This document shows positions 10,035 to 20,705 of a stretch of DNA of 64,000 nucleotides, piece after piece; position 1 is the first letter of the stretch; the number at the start of each line of letters is the position of its first letter. The position numbers were made by a program, and so were the translations under genes. The notes under the pieces were generated by a model. That model did not search any database. It worked only from the letters and a program-made list of their open reading frames with translations, and was not told where the DNA came from. The DNA comes from Candidatus Bathyarchaeia archaeon (lineage in GTDB: Archaea > Thermoproteota > Bathyarchaeia > 40CM-2-53-6): contig JBEKSC010000007.1 of NCBI GenBank assembly GCA_049517415.1, positions 1-64,000 of the forward strand, written 5' to 3'.

Positions 10035-11123
10035 TTGGACGTAGAAACACGACTAGGCCTCGTCGCTAGGGACACTGAAGAGATCATAACGCGGGAAGAG
10101 CTACGAACGATTCTAGAGACTAAGGACCGCCCACGCGCCTACTGGGGCTTCGAGTCAAGCGGGATGATGCACATAGGGATGGGCCTCGTGTGCGGCAGGA
10201 AGATCATGGACCTGATTGAGGCTGGTTTCGATTTCAACGTATTCCTCGCCGACTGGCATGCTTGGATAAACAACAAGCTGGGAGGTCGGATGGAGAATAT
10301 TCGAACCTGCGGAGAATACATCAAACAATGCTTCACCGCGATTGGCATCCCACCCTCACAGGCCACGTATTCTTGGGCGTCTGATTTGGCGGGAAAAAGG
10401 GAATACTGGGAGAGGGTTGTACGAATCGGTAAGTCCATCAACGTAAACCGAGTATGGCGTGCGCTACCAATTATGGGCAGGGAAATGGATAGCAAGGACC
10501 TGGAAGCCGCCGCAACCTTCTACCCATGCATGCAGGCGGCCGACATATTCGAACTAAAGTTAGACGTCGCTTGCGCAGGGATAGACCAGAGAAAAGCTCA
10601 TGCATTAGCACGCGATGTCGCAGACAAGCTAGGATGGCCGAAACCAACAAGCCTGCACACACCTCTACTCATAGGGCTAGCGGGAGCGAAAAGGATGGAC
10701 TCGGCCAAGTTCGATGAAAATCAGGAGGTCAGCTCCCAAATCTCCTCTAAGATGTCAAAGAGCATCACGGAGAGCGGAATAATCGTCCACGACGAACCAG
10801 AAACAATCAAGCACAAACTCAAGGGTGCCTACTGCCCCCAAAAGGAAACAGCGAACAACCCAGTCCTCGAAATCGCTCGTCACATCATCTTTCCTTGGGC
10901 CAAGTCAGTCACAATGGATAGGCCAAGCAAGTACGGCGGTTCCGCAACATTCACCACGTACAAAGATCTAGAAACGGAATATCGCCAAGGTAAGATTCAC
11001 CCCCTCGATCTGAAGACCTCAGTTGCGGAAGGCCTCATCAAAATCCTCGAGCCAGTCCGAGAAGAATTCGAGAAACGCCCAGAACTACTTCACAAAATGG
11101 AACAGATGGAAATAACAAGGTAA
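10035..11123 (+). CDS. tyrS: Tyrosine--tRNA ligase
   Basis: AYWGFESSG.MHIG, LADWHAWIN, YPCMQAADI, GIDQRKAH, KMSKS, HPLDLK. Confidence 0.96.
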   Translation: MDVETRLGLVARDTEEIITREELRTILETKDRPRAYWGFESSGMMHIGMGLVCGRKIMDLIEAGFDFNVFLADWHAWINNKLGGRMENIRTCGEYIKQCFTAIGIPPSQATYSWASDLAGKREYWERVVRIGKSINVNRVWRALPIMGREMDSKDLEAAATFYPCMQAADIFELKLDVACAGIDQRKAHALARDVADKLGWPKPTSLHTPLLIGLAGAKRMDSAKFDENQEVSSQISSKMSKSITESGIIVHDEPETIKHKLKGAYCPQKETANNPVLEIARHIIFPWAKSVTMDRPSKYGGSATFTTYKDLETEYRQGKIHPLDLKTSVAEGLIKILEPVREEFEKRPELLHKMEQMEITR

Positions 11124-11132
11124 CACCCCGCA

Positions 11133-11624
11133 ATGCGTGCCCCCGCCGAAGTAAGGCTTGAACGATTAGAGAAACTCATTCAACGAGTCACCCACGAGTC
11201 TGAACAAGGTGGCATCATCATAGTCGAAGGGACACGCGACCGAGAATCCCTCCATAAACTAGGAATCCCTGGAACAATCCTTTGCTTACAGAGTAGCCGA
11301 AAAAACCCGGTGGGCTTCGTTGAGGAACTGGACCCATATGGTAAGGTGATAGTTCTCACGGACTTCGACCACGAAGGCGTCTTTCTAGCGAAGCGTCTCG
11401 CCCGCACATTAAACTACCAGAAGATTCACGTGAACTTGGTCTTATGGCGCGAGCTCCGAGGATTGACACGGTCGGATGTTCGCAGCATCGAAGAACTACC
11501 GAGATTCCACGCCCGTCTTAGGGCCGAAGTATTTTTCGGCCCTCAGTCCGTCAGGCGTGAATATGAAAGCCCATATTTCGTAGGTAGGCACAAAGAGCGA
11601 AGCAGGTTTCTGAGGAGACCGTGA
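11133..11624 (+). CDS. Toprim domain protein
   Basis: IIVEG.RD and VLTDFD.EG Toprim motifs. Confidence 0.85.
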   Translation: MRAPAEVRLERLEKLIQRVTHESEQGGIIIVEGTRDRESLHKLGIPGTILCLQSSRKNPVGFVEELDPYGKVIVLTDFDHEGVFLAKRLARTLNYQKIHVNLVLWRELRGLTRSDVRSIEELPRFHARLRAEVFFGPQSVRREYESPYFVGRHKERSRFLRRP

Positions 11625-12284
11625 ATGCGATTCAATATTTTTCTGTCATGCATTTTGGTCGTGGTCGCAATATGTGCGATGCCACCGGGACTTCTGAGTT
11701 CTAGGCCGGCGGATACGTCTACGACAACGGCGACACTAACTACGATTTTTCCAATTGCAAATGAGACCTACTGTGGCGTGGATGCGGCGCCCATACCGTT
11801 CACAGGACCAGTCCACATTACCTTCCATTCAACTCTGCCCATGGATTTTTACGTCTTCCAAACCCTCAACTACATTCCCTGCGGACAACACCTCCGAGTT
11901 GAGGATCTGGCGTCGAATGGATGCGTATTCGCGGAATGGGATGCCACTAACCTCGACCTCAATCAAAGTCTTCCATCAGCATATTTCATATTCCTTGTCG
12001 CATGGGGAAACCCTGCGGATATCAACGGCGCGACTGCAACCATCACAATGAAGGGAACTCCTCAAAACACGAACACGACGCAAGTTAACCTTACACCTTA
12101 TACAACAATGCGTCCTACCACCTCACCATCACTCCAGATGCCCCAACCACCACAAACCGCCTCTACACAATCAACAAGCATCCCAGAGGAAGCATTGGGA
12201 GTGGTCCTCATAGCCGGAATCGGACTATACCTACTCGTTAGGAGACACGTCAAGCATTCTCAGAAGTTGTCAGTGCCATCTTAG
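11625..12284 (+). CDS. Secreted/surface protein with Thr/Pro-rich linker and C-terminal TM anchor
   Basis: Signal-like N-terminus, T/P/S-rich linker, 'IPEEALGVVLIAGIGLYLLVRR' anchor. Confidence 0.65.
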   Translation: MRFNIFLSCILVVVAICAMPPGLLSSRPADTSTTTATLTTIFPIANETYCGVDAAPIPFTGPVHITFHSTLPMDFYVFQTLNYIPCGQHLRVEDLASNGCVFAEWDATNLDLNQSLPSAYFIFLVAWGNPADINGATATITMKGTPQNTNTTQVNLTPYTTMRPTTSPSLQMPQPPQTASTQSTSIPEEALGVVLIAGIGLYLLVRRHVKHSQKLSVPS

Positions 12285-12465
12285 TTAACAGCTTAACCTA
12301 GAATCCTGCCTGTCAACTGATAACAACATCTCTCATCTCTCCGTGTCAACGCCTCGTTCGGATATCTTGTGCACGGCGTTTTAGTGCATTGAGCGAAATC
12401 TGCAATGCAAAATGGTGCACCTGCCGCCAAACCATTCAGACCGAGTTCAGTTTCCATCGGAGACC

Positions 12466-13464
12466 TTATAGAAATTTCGACATGGTTTGCACCATGTCAA
12501 CCAGCCTGTTTGAGTATCCCCACTCGTTATCGTACCATGCGAAGACTTTGACCAACCTATTGTCGAGAACCATGGTTGAGAGTGAATCGAAAACGGCTGA
12601 GTGTGGGTTCCCGATGATGTCAGAGGAGACTAGGGGCTCCTCGGAGTATTCTAGGATATGCTGCATGGGACCGTTCGCCGCACTTTGGAATGCCTTGTTC
12701 ACGTAGTCGACGGTGATGTCGCGGCCCACTTCAGCCACGAAGTCAACGATGGACCCGTCGGGGACAGGCACTCGTAGTGCCACGCCGTCAACCTTGCCCT
12801 TCAGCTCTGGGATGACCTCGGTTGTCGCGATGGCGGCGCCTGTTGAGGTGGGAATTATTGAGAGCGCTGCTGCCCTAGCCCGCCTCAAATCGCTATGTGG
12901 CAGGTCGTGGAGTCGTTGGTCGCCCGTGTACGCGTGGGCAGTGGTCATGAAACCATGCTTTATCGTGCAGGAGTCATTCAGCACCTTGACCACCGGTGTC
13001 ACACAGTTCGTGGTGCAGGATGCAAGTGAGACTACATCATGCTTCTTCGGGTCGTACTTCTCCAAATTCACTCCCGGGACAATCGTGATGTCAGGATTCT
13101 TGGCAGGAGCGGATACCAGGACCTTCTTGGCGCCGCCTCTCATATGCTTCACAGCCATGTCCCGACTCGTAAACAGCCCTGTGGATTCGACCACAATCTC
13201 GACGCCGTACTTAGACCAAGGGATTTCGCCGGGATCCTTGACGGACAGTATCTTCACCGGTTTTCCGTCAACCTTGAAACCTTCAGGCTCTAGGCTGACG
13301 GTTCGGCTAAATTTCCCGAACACTGAATCATACTTGAGCAAGTGAGCCGCCGTCTTTGGGTCCATGATGTCGTTGGCTGCGACGATATCCAAGCCAGCCT
13401 CTGTCGCAGCCCTGAAGAAGCAGCGGCCGATTCTTCCGAACCCGTTAATTCCAATTCGCGACAC
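12466..13464 (-). CDS. gap: Class I (bacterial/eukaryotic-type) glyceraldehyde-3-phosphate dehydrogenase
   Basis: RIGINGFGRIGR, ESTG.F, ASCTTNC, DLRRARAAA..IIPTSTGAA, WYDNEWGYSNR. Confidence 0.96.
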   Translation of the reverse strand: MSRIGINGFGRIGRCFFRAATEAGLDIVAANDIMDPKTAAHLLKYDSVFGKFSRTVSLEPEGFKVDGKPVKILSVKDPGEIPWSKYGVEIVVESTGLFTSRDMAVKHMRGGAKKVLVSAPAKNPDITIVPGVNLEKYDPKKHDVVSLASCTTNCVTPVVKVLNDSCTIKHGFMTTAHAYTGDQRLHDLPHSDLRRARAAALSIIPTSTGAAIATTEVIPELKGKVDGVALRVPVPDGSIVDFVAEVGRDITVDYVNKAFQSAANGPMQHILEYSEEPLVSSDIIGNPHSAVFDSLSTMVLDNRLVKVFAWYDNEWGYSNRLVDMVQTMSKFL

Positions 13465-13705
13465 GATTGCGCAACCTCATGCTTGAAACGACGAACGATG
13501 AGATAAGACGTTCTCTCGGTAATACATTTCTACTGAATACTAGACTATAGTAGTGATTACCGCTGTATTCGGAACTCCCTCTATCTTTCACTTACATTCT
13601 TCCGGAGCTCTGGGCTTCGTTCCAAGTTCGGCTAGTTCATAGTGTCGGGGGAGGGGCACGACTTGGCAGGCATAGGTAAATTCGACATACGTGTTTTGAG
13701 GTATT

Positions 13706-14455
13706 ATGCGGCTGCATGCTATTTCACTGACTGTGATGGTGATTCTATTTCTTGGGGCATCAACGGGTTTGGTTTCAGCCCAGTCGCCCGTCTCTGGTGG
13801 CATATTTTACTTTCACTTGAAGGCTGTGACATACCGTAGCGAGAACGCTTCTATCACGGTTGTTGAAGAAGCCAATTTGACGGCGCCTTCAGGTTCAACC
13901 CCGAAAGTCTTTGAAGTTGCCGCGGCTATCCGAAACGCTACCACAATCTTCGGCACTATCTGGGTAGGATCCGTTGCTTGGGTGACTGAACCACTAACGG
14001 AACCTACGATGCTTGGCGGAACCGCAACATTCACAGCGTGGCTCTCCAGCGACGACGTTACACCATCCTTCTCTGGTGTAGGGGCAGGGATTGCAGTTCT
14101 CAATCAACTAAATCAGACCGTTCGAAACTACCGTTACGCCTTCACCTACGCGCGCGGCAAGGCTCTCACCGGAACCCCGGCGCTTTATAGTTTCAATGTC
14201 GAACTCAACCAAAACGTCTCTGCAGGCCAGAGGCTTGTCTTCGCTGTTGGGGTGGGTTCGACGACGGAGGGGTGGCGTATGAATGTCTTCTTCGACGACG
14301 TACAACACTCTAGCGGCGTGCAACTGCCCACGGCCGTAACCGTAGTTCCGGAATTCGACCCAGCCACATTTTTCTTGGCAATTCTCATCCCAACTATTCT
14401 ATCGTTAAGGATACCGCGACAAGTGATTCGGGGCAAGAAGGTCAAGCTTAGTTGA
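13706..14455 (+). CDS. Secreted protein with PEF-CTERM-like sorting signal
   Basis: Signal peptide; C-terminal VVPEF + hydrophobic helix + basic tail. Confidence 0.7.
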   Translation: MRLHAISLTVMVILFLGASTGLVSAQSPVSGGIFYFHLKAVTYRSENASITVVEEANLTAPSGSTPKVFEVAAAIRNATTIFGTIWVGSVAWVTEPLTEPTMLGGTATFTAWLSSDDVTPSFSGVGAGIAVLNQLNQTVRNYRYAFTYARGKALTGTPALYSFNVELNQNVSAGQRLVFAVGVGSTTEGWRMNVFFDDVQHSSGVQLPTAVTVVPEFDPATFFLAILIPTILSLRIPRQVIRGKKVKLS

Positions 14456-14657
14456 GGTAAAGTTCTGAGAGAGAACGAGGGAGTGAATGACAGATGTCTC
14501 CCCGCCAATCCGGTCCACTGATTCCGAATCTGCCTGTGCATAGCGTTTATATGGGGTACTTCGAAAGGTACGTTTTGGATGCTCATGTCAGTTACTTTCG
14601 CTTCGCTTCCTCTGTATACCGAAGCAAACATGAGCAAATTAGGAGGTTCAATCATAA

Positions 14658-15845
14658 TTGGGAGCAAATTCACAATATGCACCTACGACCAAATATATGA
14701 TCGTCGCCCGTTTCGAAGTGGAGGGCGTCGTAGAGAAGCCTGACGTGATAGGCGCCATATTCGGTCAAACGGAAGGATTGTTTGGTCCGGACCTGGATCT
14801 ACGCGAGCTCCAAAAATCCGGTCGAATCGGACGCATAGAAATTCAATTGGAATCCAAACAGGATAAAACATTTGGAGTAATCACCATCCCGTCGAGCCTT
14901 GACAAGACCTCGACAGCCATCATCGCAGCTGCTGTGCAAAGCGTGGACCGCATAGGTCCATGTATCGCCAAAGTCATATTGGACAAGGTCGCTGATATCA
15001 GAGAAGAAAAACGTAAAGTGATTCTGGACAAGGCGAAGGACATTCTCCGCACTTGGGTCATTGAAGACTCACCAAGCACAGACGAGATGGTCAAGGACGT
15101 ATCAGACGTAATCCGGTCGTCAGACGTTGCCGAGTATGGTGCGGATCATCTTCCCGCAGGTCCAGACGTTTCCACCAGTGCTTCCATAATTTTCGTTGAA
15201 GGCAGGGCTGACATTGTCAACCTTCTCCGATGTGGAATTCGAAACGCAGTAGCGATCGAAGGGACGAAGATTCCCAGGACTATAATCGACCTGGCGAAAT
15301 CTAAAGAAACAACAGCCTTCCTCGATGGGGACAGAGGCGGGGACCTGATTTTGAAGGAATTGATGCAGGTTGCTCCCGTTGATTATGTTGCACGGGCTCC
15401 TTTGGGTAAGGAAGTCGAAGACCTAGTGCCGAAAGAAATCTTGAAGGCATTGCGAGAGAAGGTGCCAGTTGAAACCGCAAGGCCCCCAGGAACACGCCCT
15501 CCAGAACCAGTTCATGTTCCAACGCGACCACCTCTCGCCCAGCTACCGCAAAACGTTGTAGTCAAAGCCCGCGAACTCAGAGGTTCCCTGGAAGGGGTGT
15601 TACTCGACCAGAATCTGAATGAGGTTGCCAAGTTGCCCGTAAGCGAACTTGCAGGGAAACTCGCTGACTACCAAGCAGTTGATACCATCGTCTTCGACGG
15701 AGTGGTCACTCAAAGGTTGGTAGATTTGGCGGAGGAGCGAGGCATCAAATTACTTGTGGGAGACCGGATCGCGGACCTAGCACGTAGGCCCGCCTCAATT
15801 AGGATCATGACCCTCCCCGAAGTTGCTGGCCCGCCAACGGCCTAA
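14658..15845 (+). CDS. dnaG: Archaeal DnaG (primase-like, exosome-associated)
   Basis: VEKPDVIGAIFGQTEGL..DLDLRELQK.GRIGRI, VEGRAD, FLDGDRGG. Confidence 0.96.
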   Translation: MGANSQYAPTTKYMIVARFEVEGVVEKPDVIGAIFGQTEGLFGPDLDLRELQKSGRIGRIEIQLESKQDKTFGVITIPSSLDKTSTAIIAAAVQSVDRIGPCIAKVILDKVADIREEKRKVILDKAKDILRTWVIEDSPSTDEMVKDVSDVIRSSDVAEYGADHLPAGPDVSTSASIIFVEGRADIVNLLRCGIRNAVAIEGTKIPRTIIDLAKSKETTAFLDGDRGGDLILKELMQVAPVDYVARAPLGKEVEDLVPKEILKALREKVPVETARPPGTRPPEPVHVPTRPPLAQLPQNVVVKARELRGSLEGVLLDQNLNEVAKLPVSELAGKLADYQAVDTIVFDGVVTQRLVDLAEERGIKLLVGDRIADLARRPASIRIMTLPEVAGPPTA

Positions 15846-18199
15846 GTTACCAACTGCCCTTCGCTTACACCGAACTGCTCCAATATCCGCATCGCGGCGG
15901 GCTTCACCTGGTTCTCCAAGTAGTACTCAATGTCAACGTCTCCAGGTTTCACTTGGCTTGAGGGTTTGGCCTTCTTGAAGAGGCTTCCCGGCCCCCTCGT
16001 GATAACATAAGCGACCTTATCGCCAACTGTTAAGGTCCAACCCTCCTTAATCAATTGCTTAGCAACCTCAACGTGGGGCGTTCTCACAGCGTACTTTTCG
16101 ATGGGTTTGGTCAACGTTTTCCTAATCGTGAGGTCAGCGAGTGGTACTTGGCCCTTGTGTAGTCTGCGTATAGTCGCTTTGACTACCTCAACAGCTCTCT
16201 CAGGAGACTGTTCACGCAGGATCTTCCCCAACACTTCTTCTTGGACTTGGCGTGCGATATCAGACCAGTCGCCGCGAACAACTTCTAGTCCCACTATGTC
16301 TAAGGAATCATCTGGGAGAAGGCCTGCATACCGCTTCATCGCCTCCGTGAACAAAACCCGCCGGTATTCTCGTTCAACCTTGATCTCCAGTCCAAGCTCA
16401 TCTTCAACCCAATCGAGGAGTTGCTTGACCTTCGCACGCTCATTCTTGACGAAAAGTGAGTCAGTATCACCGTAGATTACTGAGAGCCCGAGAGATTCTG
16501 CTTTCGTTGTGGCTTTGGTAATCGTCTCTCGCCCTAGGGCGGCCGCGGATTCTGCAACCTCCCGGACATACCACCGCGCGCCTGCCCACCCAGCGTAACC
16601 GTAGCACGCGTTCGTAATGACCTTCAGAGCCCTTTCGCGTTCCTTTAAGACCTTATAGCGAGTCAATTTGGGATTCGCATCTTTCAGCAAGGCTTTGATT
16701 AACGACCGCTCATGAATGAGCGTGGTGAGTACAGTTTTGTACAAGCCTTCCGGCTTTCTCTTGAAGCGATGGTTCACTTCAGGAATGATGTACACTGAGT
16801 CTTCAAGAACGCTTTCGCCAGGTTTGATGAAGGTGTCGGGTGAGAGGTTGTACTTTTCCATGAGAGTTGGATACATGGAGGCGAAGTCAAGCACCGCAAC
16901 GTCGTCATGCAACCCAGTTTTGGGCTCAAGCACAATTGCGCCCCTATACGTGAAGTATGGTTGCTCATTCCTCCCCGGAACCAGCTCTCCTATTTGATGA
17001 GCCCTGCGAACCAAGTACGAGTCGACACGAAACCCAGTCGCTGCAGCCATCACCTAGTCGAGCGGCAACCCTGTTAGGGCGGAAAGTTGCATGGGAAAAT
17101 CCATCGTTTCTTTCGCCAGCTCTAACGAAGCATGAGCCGACATACTTGCGTTTTCGACCAGTTTTCTTCTCCCGGACTCCTCAGCCCATAACGAAGACCT
17201 GTCCCATTCTTCGAATGTCGTGAACTTTCCAGCGGAATCAAGGCGAAGATATTTGGCAAGGTTTTCGAGCGTCTTCACTTTGACTTCAGGGATACCACTT
17301 GCCACGTCGAACAGGTCTAGGTTTGCTCTGCCAGCTACTGAAACATGGCCGTAGACGCTGTTATGCGGTTCACTCGAATCCCGTCCCACCGCCAACTTGA
17401 ATTTCACGGCCCTTGATCGTTGGATCAGGTACAGCCAATCCTGGGTGTTGGTCTGGAAGCCGACGATGATGTCTGGATCGTAGCCCTTTACGAATGCGAC
17501 GAAATCCTTCAGGACCTTTACATCGTCCTTTTCGGAAACAAGGGTTGTCGATCTCCCTGAGTTTGTGGCTATGGCTATGGCTCGAATGGGGTCGCTTTCA
17601 GGTTTCGCTGAACCCTTCTCCCCCACCGTGAGCGTGTAGAATGCGAGGATTCGAAGGGTTGGAACAGTATCGTCGGCAACACTCTTGGGAGCTGTAGACG
17701 TGATGTAAGCATCGTATCCCGCAGCCCCATCGAATTTCATTTTGTCGGCTTCGCATTCGTTCCAACCGCACGGGGTTAACATCAGGTCGGTCATGTAGCG
17801 GACGGGAAGCCTTACGTCGTTCTCAAAGCCCTCGCCCTTACCGGCTAGCCTCTGTAACTCTTTCAAGTAGTTTGATCGCACGTCGGACTCGGCGCAGATT
17901 ATCTTCAGCACTTTGCATTCTTGGCCAAGGCGCTTTTTTGTCTCAATTGATATGCCGATTATTTTTGGAAAATGCCTCTTGTCCTCGAAGACCTTCTGCC
18001 TAATTGTCTCGAGGTTGTCTTGCTGGTTTGGTAGAAAGTAGCAGTAAGGCATTATCAGGTTGCTGAGTAAGCAAATTCTGGCGCCCTTCTCGTCCACGCC
18101 CCAAAACCTGACGTAAGGTTTCCCCTCCCACTCAATTTCATTATCATCGAGCAGGTAGAATTGAGATTTCACTAAGCCATCACCTTTGTCTATGCCCAA
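15842..18199 (-). pseudogene. polB: Family B DNA polymerase (PolB3-like) interrupted by an in-frame TAG at 17054-17056. Could be a pseudogene, a split gene or a read-through case.
   Basis: ORFs 17054..18199 and 15842..17053 share a frame: ...LTGLPLD*VMAAATGFRVD. Polymerase motifs DFASMYP, KVITNACYGY and YGDTDS are intact; the ExoI position reads LAFYTL. Confidence 0.85.
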
Positions 18200-18674
18200 C
18201 CTTCACGACCTGTTTCTTGAAGGTCATTCGCATTCGCAGTGCTGCTGAACCGTCTAAGTAATAATTCTCCAAAACCATCATAGTTGCAAAGTGGAACTTT
18301 TCGTAAAGTTTGATGGCTTCTTTGTTTCCCTGCTTTACTTCAAGCCAGAGCTCTTCTACCTGGCGTGCCTCTAGGCCCTTTATAAGATTCTTGAGTAGTA
18401 CTGTCGCTACGCCTTTTCTACGGCCCTCAGTGAGAACCGCGATTGAAATCAAGTGGGCTAGCCTCCCCTCTATGGAGGAGACGCTGTACCCGACTAATGC
18501 GCCACTCACATTTTCAGCCACTACGAAATTGTTTCGAGTATCATCTAGCAGTCGCTTGAGTAGGTAGCTGGGATATGGGTCGGAGAAGGAATCATCCTCA
18601 ATAAGGCAAATGGCCTGAAGGTCCGCTGCCGATGCGGATCGTATTCGCAAACTTCTCACAGGAAGGACATCCAT
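18180..18674 (-). CDS. rimI: RimI/Ard1-like N-acetyltransferase
   Basis: HLISIAV...RRKGVA..LL, LEVKQGN..AIKLYEK..F.....NYY.DG..A. Confidence 0.9.
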   Translation of the reverse strand: MDVLPVRSLRIRSASAADLQAICLIEDDSFSDPYPSYLLKRLLDDTRNNFVVAENVSGALVGYSVSSIEGRLAHLISIAVLTEGRRKGVATVLLKNLIKGLEARQVEELWLEVKQGNKEAIKLYEKFHFATMMVLENYYLDGSAALRMRMTFKKQVVKVGHRQR

Positions 18675-18776
18675 CTCGGTTTCGATTAGACTAAGCCCAA
18701 GGAAAGTTAAATATGGCGAACTAGGTTGACCAGATCGAATATTCACTTGGATGTGTGACCACTGTCGGAGAAGAAA

Positions 18777-19163
18777 GTGCCTCAGCGCTGGGGTATAGCG
18801 AACATCTATTCCTCGTTCAACAATACGCTAGTTCACATAACGGACCTGAGTGGTGCTGAAACCATCTCCCGCAGCGCAGGGGGACAGCACGTGAAGGCGG
18901 ACCGGCTTCAAGGGTCGCCTTACGCTGCGATGCAAGCTGCCGCAGCAGCAGCCCGCGTAGCTAAGGACAGAGGAATCACATCCCTTCACATCAGAGTCAG
19001 GGCTCCAGGCGGCCACAAAGCGAGAACCCCAGGCCCAGGTGCCCAAGCTGCAATCAGAATGCTCGCGCGAACAGGTTTCAGGATCGGCCGAATCGAGGAT
19101 GTTACCCCGGTTCCACATGATGGTACACGCAGGCCCGGCGGTCGCCGGGGCAGACGCGTATAA
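18777..19163 (+). CDS. rps11: 30S ribosomal protein uS11
   Basis: [59 protein letters not shown]. Confidence 0.97.
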   Translation: MPQRWGIANIYSSFNNTLVHITDLSGAETISRSAGGQHVKADRLQGSPYAAMQAAAAAARVAKDRGITSLHIRVRAPGGHKARTPGPGAQAAIRMLARTGFRIGRIEDVTPVPHDGTRRPGGRRGRRV

Positions 19164-19166
19164 CCG

Positions 19167-19442
19167 GTGAACATAGCGCATGGGCCAATGGACCAAATGC
19201 TCTCGATTCATACTTCACTTGCGGAAAGATCTCGTCAGACGCTACTTGCGGATGGCTTTACTAGCGCTGGAATACTCCAAATTTGGAAGAGAGGGAAGGT
19301 TTTCGGCTATATCCGCCACCTACGATATGATCTGGAGTGGCATGTGAGGGCTTACGCCGACGGAAGCTTAGAGTCTGAGCCTGAACCGCCCCGGAATACA
19401 ATCCACCTATTCGCCAATCCTACCAATCAGATGGCATGTTAG
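19167..19442 (+). CDS. Hypothetical protein
   Basis: Follows rps11 on the same strand; G.VFG...EWHVRAYADG.LESE.E pattern. Confidence 0.5.
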   Translation: MNIAHGPMDQMLSIHTSLAERSRQTLLADGFTSAGILQIWKRGKVFGYIRHLRYDLEWHVRAYADGSLESEPEPPRNTIHLFANPTNQMAC

Positions 19443-19490
19443 CCCTGCTGCTGACCCAACACCAAATCCCTTTTTGGACTTCTCAGTAAG

Positions 19491-20705
19491 TTGGTTGTTG
19501 ATGTTCCGTTGAAACTTCGGATTACGGAAAGAAAAGCGGGAATCCCGTCCTCCCTGAGGAAACTGCTACACCAGCATGAAGCTTGGCGGCTGGGCAAATG
19601 CCTGAACCTTCTTCCCTCGGAGAACATGTCCAGCCCAGCAGTGCGCGGAATTCTCAGCTGCGATCTGGCCAATAGGTACACGTCGCCCGAACGATTCTAC
19701 ATGGGAACAAAGTACACCGATCAGATCCAGACTGAGACATTAGCGAAGGAAATCTTCCGTGCAAAGTACGCGGATGTGAGGCCTCTTTCAGGCCATTCCG
19801 CCGACATGATCGCCCTAACCGCGTTGGCAAAGCGTGGAGACAAGATAATCACAGTCGGCCCGGGAAACGGCGGGTACCCGGGCATATCTCAGTATGGGTA
19901 CCCGAAAATTTACGGGCTCCATGTCCTCGAATTCCCCTTCAACAGAAGTGTGTTCAACATTGACATCGAACAAGCAGGGGCGGTCATTGAACGGGAACGG
20001 CCCAGCGTCGTCGTTTTCGGGGCAAGCCTAATTCTCTTTCCACACCCCGTTCAAGCGTTGGCCGGTGTTTGCGAGCAGGTTGGCGCAAAAGTCGTCTTTG
20101 ACGGTTCTCACGTGTTGGGCTTAATCGCTGGTGGCCAATTCCAAGACCCACTCAGGGAAGGCGCAGTGATGTTAATTGGTTCTACACACAAGAGTTTCTT
20201 CGGCCCGCAAGGAGGAATCATACTCTCAAACGCCTATGAGGAGAGCCTAAGGAAGGAAGTTCATCCCGCCATCGTCGATAACGCCCATTGGAACCGCATC
20301 GCGGCGCTTCAAGTTGCCCTCTACGAAATGAAAAGGTTCGGCAAACGGTATGCTCAGCAGGTGGTGCGCAACAGCAAAGCCCTTGCAGAGGCACTGGACC
20401 AGAATGGGGTGAAGTTGCATGGGAAGGAAGTTGGGTTCACTCAATCCCACCAGGTCATTGTCGATGTCCCATCCGAGGATGAGGGCTTTCGCCTGGCGAA
20501 GAGACTCGAGGAAGCAAACATCATCGTCGACATAGCAGTCAGGATTGGAACAAGTGAGGAGACGAGGCGTGGGATGCGGGAAGGCGAAATGGCCCAAATA
20601 GCTGAACTGATTGCTCGGGTATGGATAAGAAACGAGGACACGACTCGGGTCAAAAAGGAAGTCTTGCGGTTAAGACGAGAGTTCCCATCTATTCATTTTG
20701 CCTAA
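19491..20705 (+). CDS. glyA: Serine hydroxymethyltransferase (archaeal type)
   Basis: NLLPSEN, RY...FY.G, DVRPLSG, DGSHVLGLIAGG, STHKSFFGPQGG PLP-lysine motif. Confidence 0.93.
   Translation: MVVDVPLKLRITERKAGIPSSLRKLLHQHEAWRLGKCLNLLPSENMSSPAVRGILSCDLANRYTSPERFYMGTKYTDQIQTETLAKEIFRAKYADVRPLSGHSADMIALTALAKRGDKIITVGPGNGGYPGISQYGYPKIYGLHVLEFPFNRSVFNIDIEQAGAVIERERPSVVVFGASLILFPHPVQALAGVCEQVGAKVVFDGSHVLGLIAGGQFQDPLREGAVMLIGSTHKSFFGPQGGIILSNAYEESLRKEVHPAIVDNAHWNRIAALQVALYEMKRFGKRYAQQVVRNSKALAEALDQNGVKLHGKEVGFTQSHQVIVDVPSEDEGFRLAKRLEEANIIVDIAVRIGTSEETRRGMREGEMAQIAELIARVWIRNEDTTRVKKEVLRLRREFPSIHFA

Noticed and set aside
12368..12422. Imperfect inverted repeat (GTGCAC..TGCATTG/CAATGCA..GTGCAC) between convergent genes
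   Set aside because: Short and imperfect, with no TSD; compatible with chance or a simple terminator.
12713..13345. Long antisense ORFs such as 12713..13345, 27368..27892 and 25024..25512
   Set aside because: Shadows of well-supported genes on the opposite strand.
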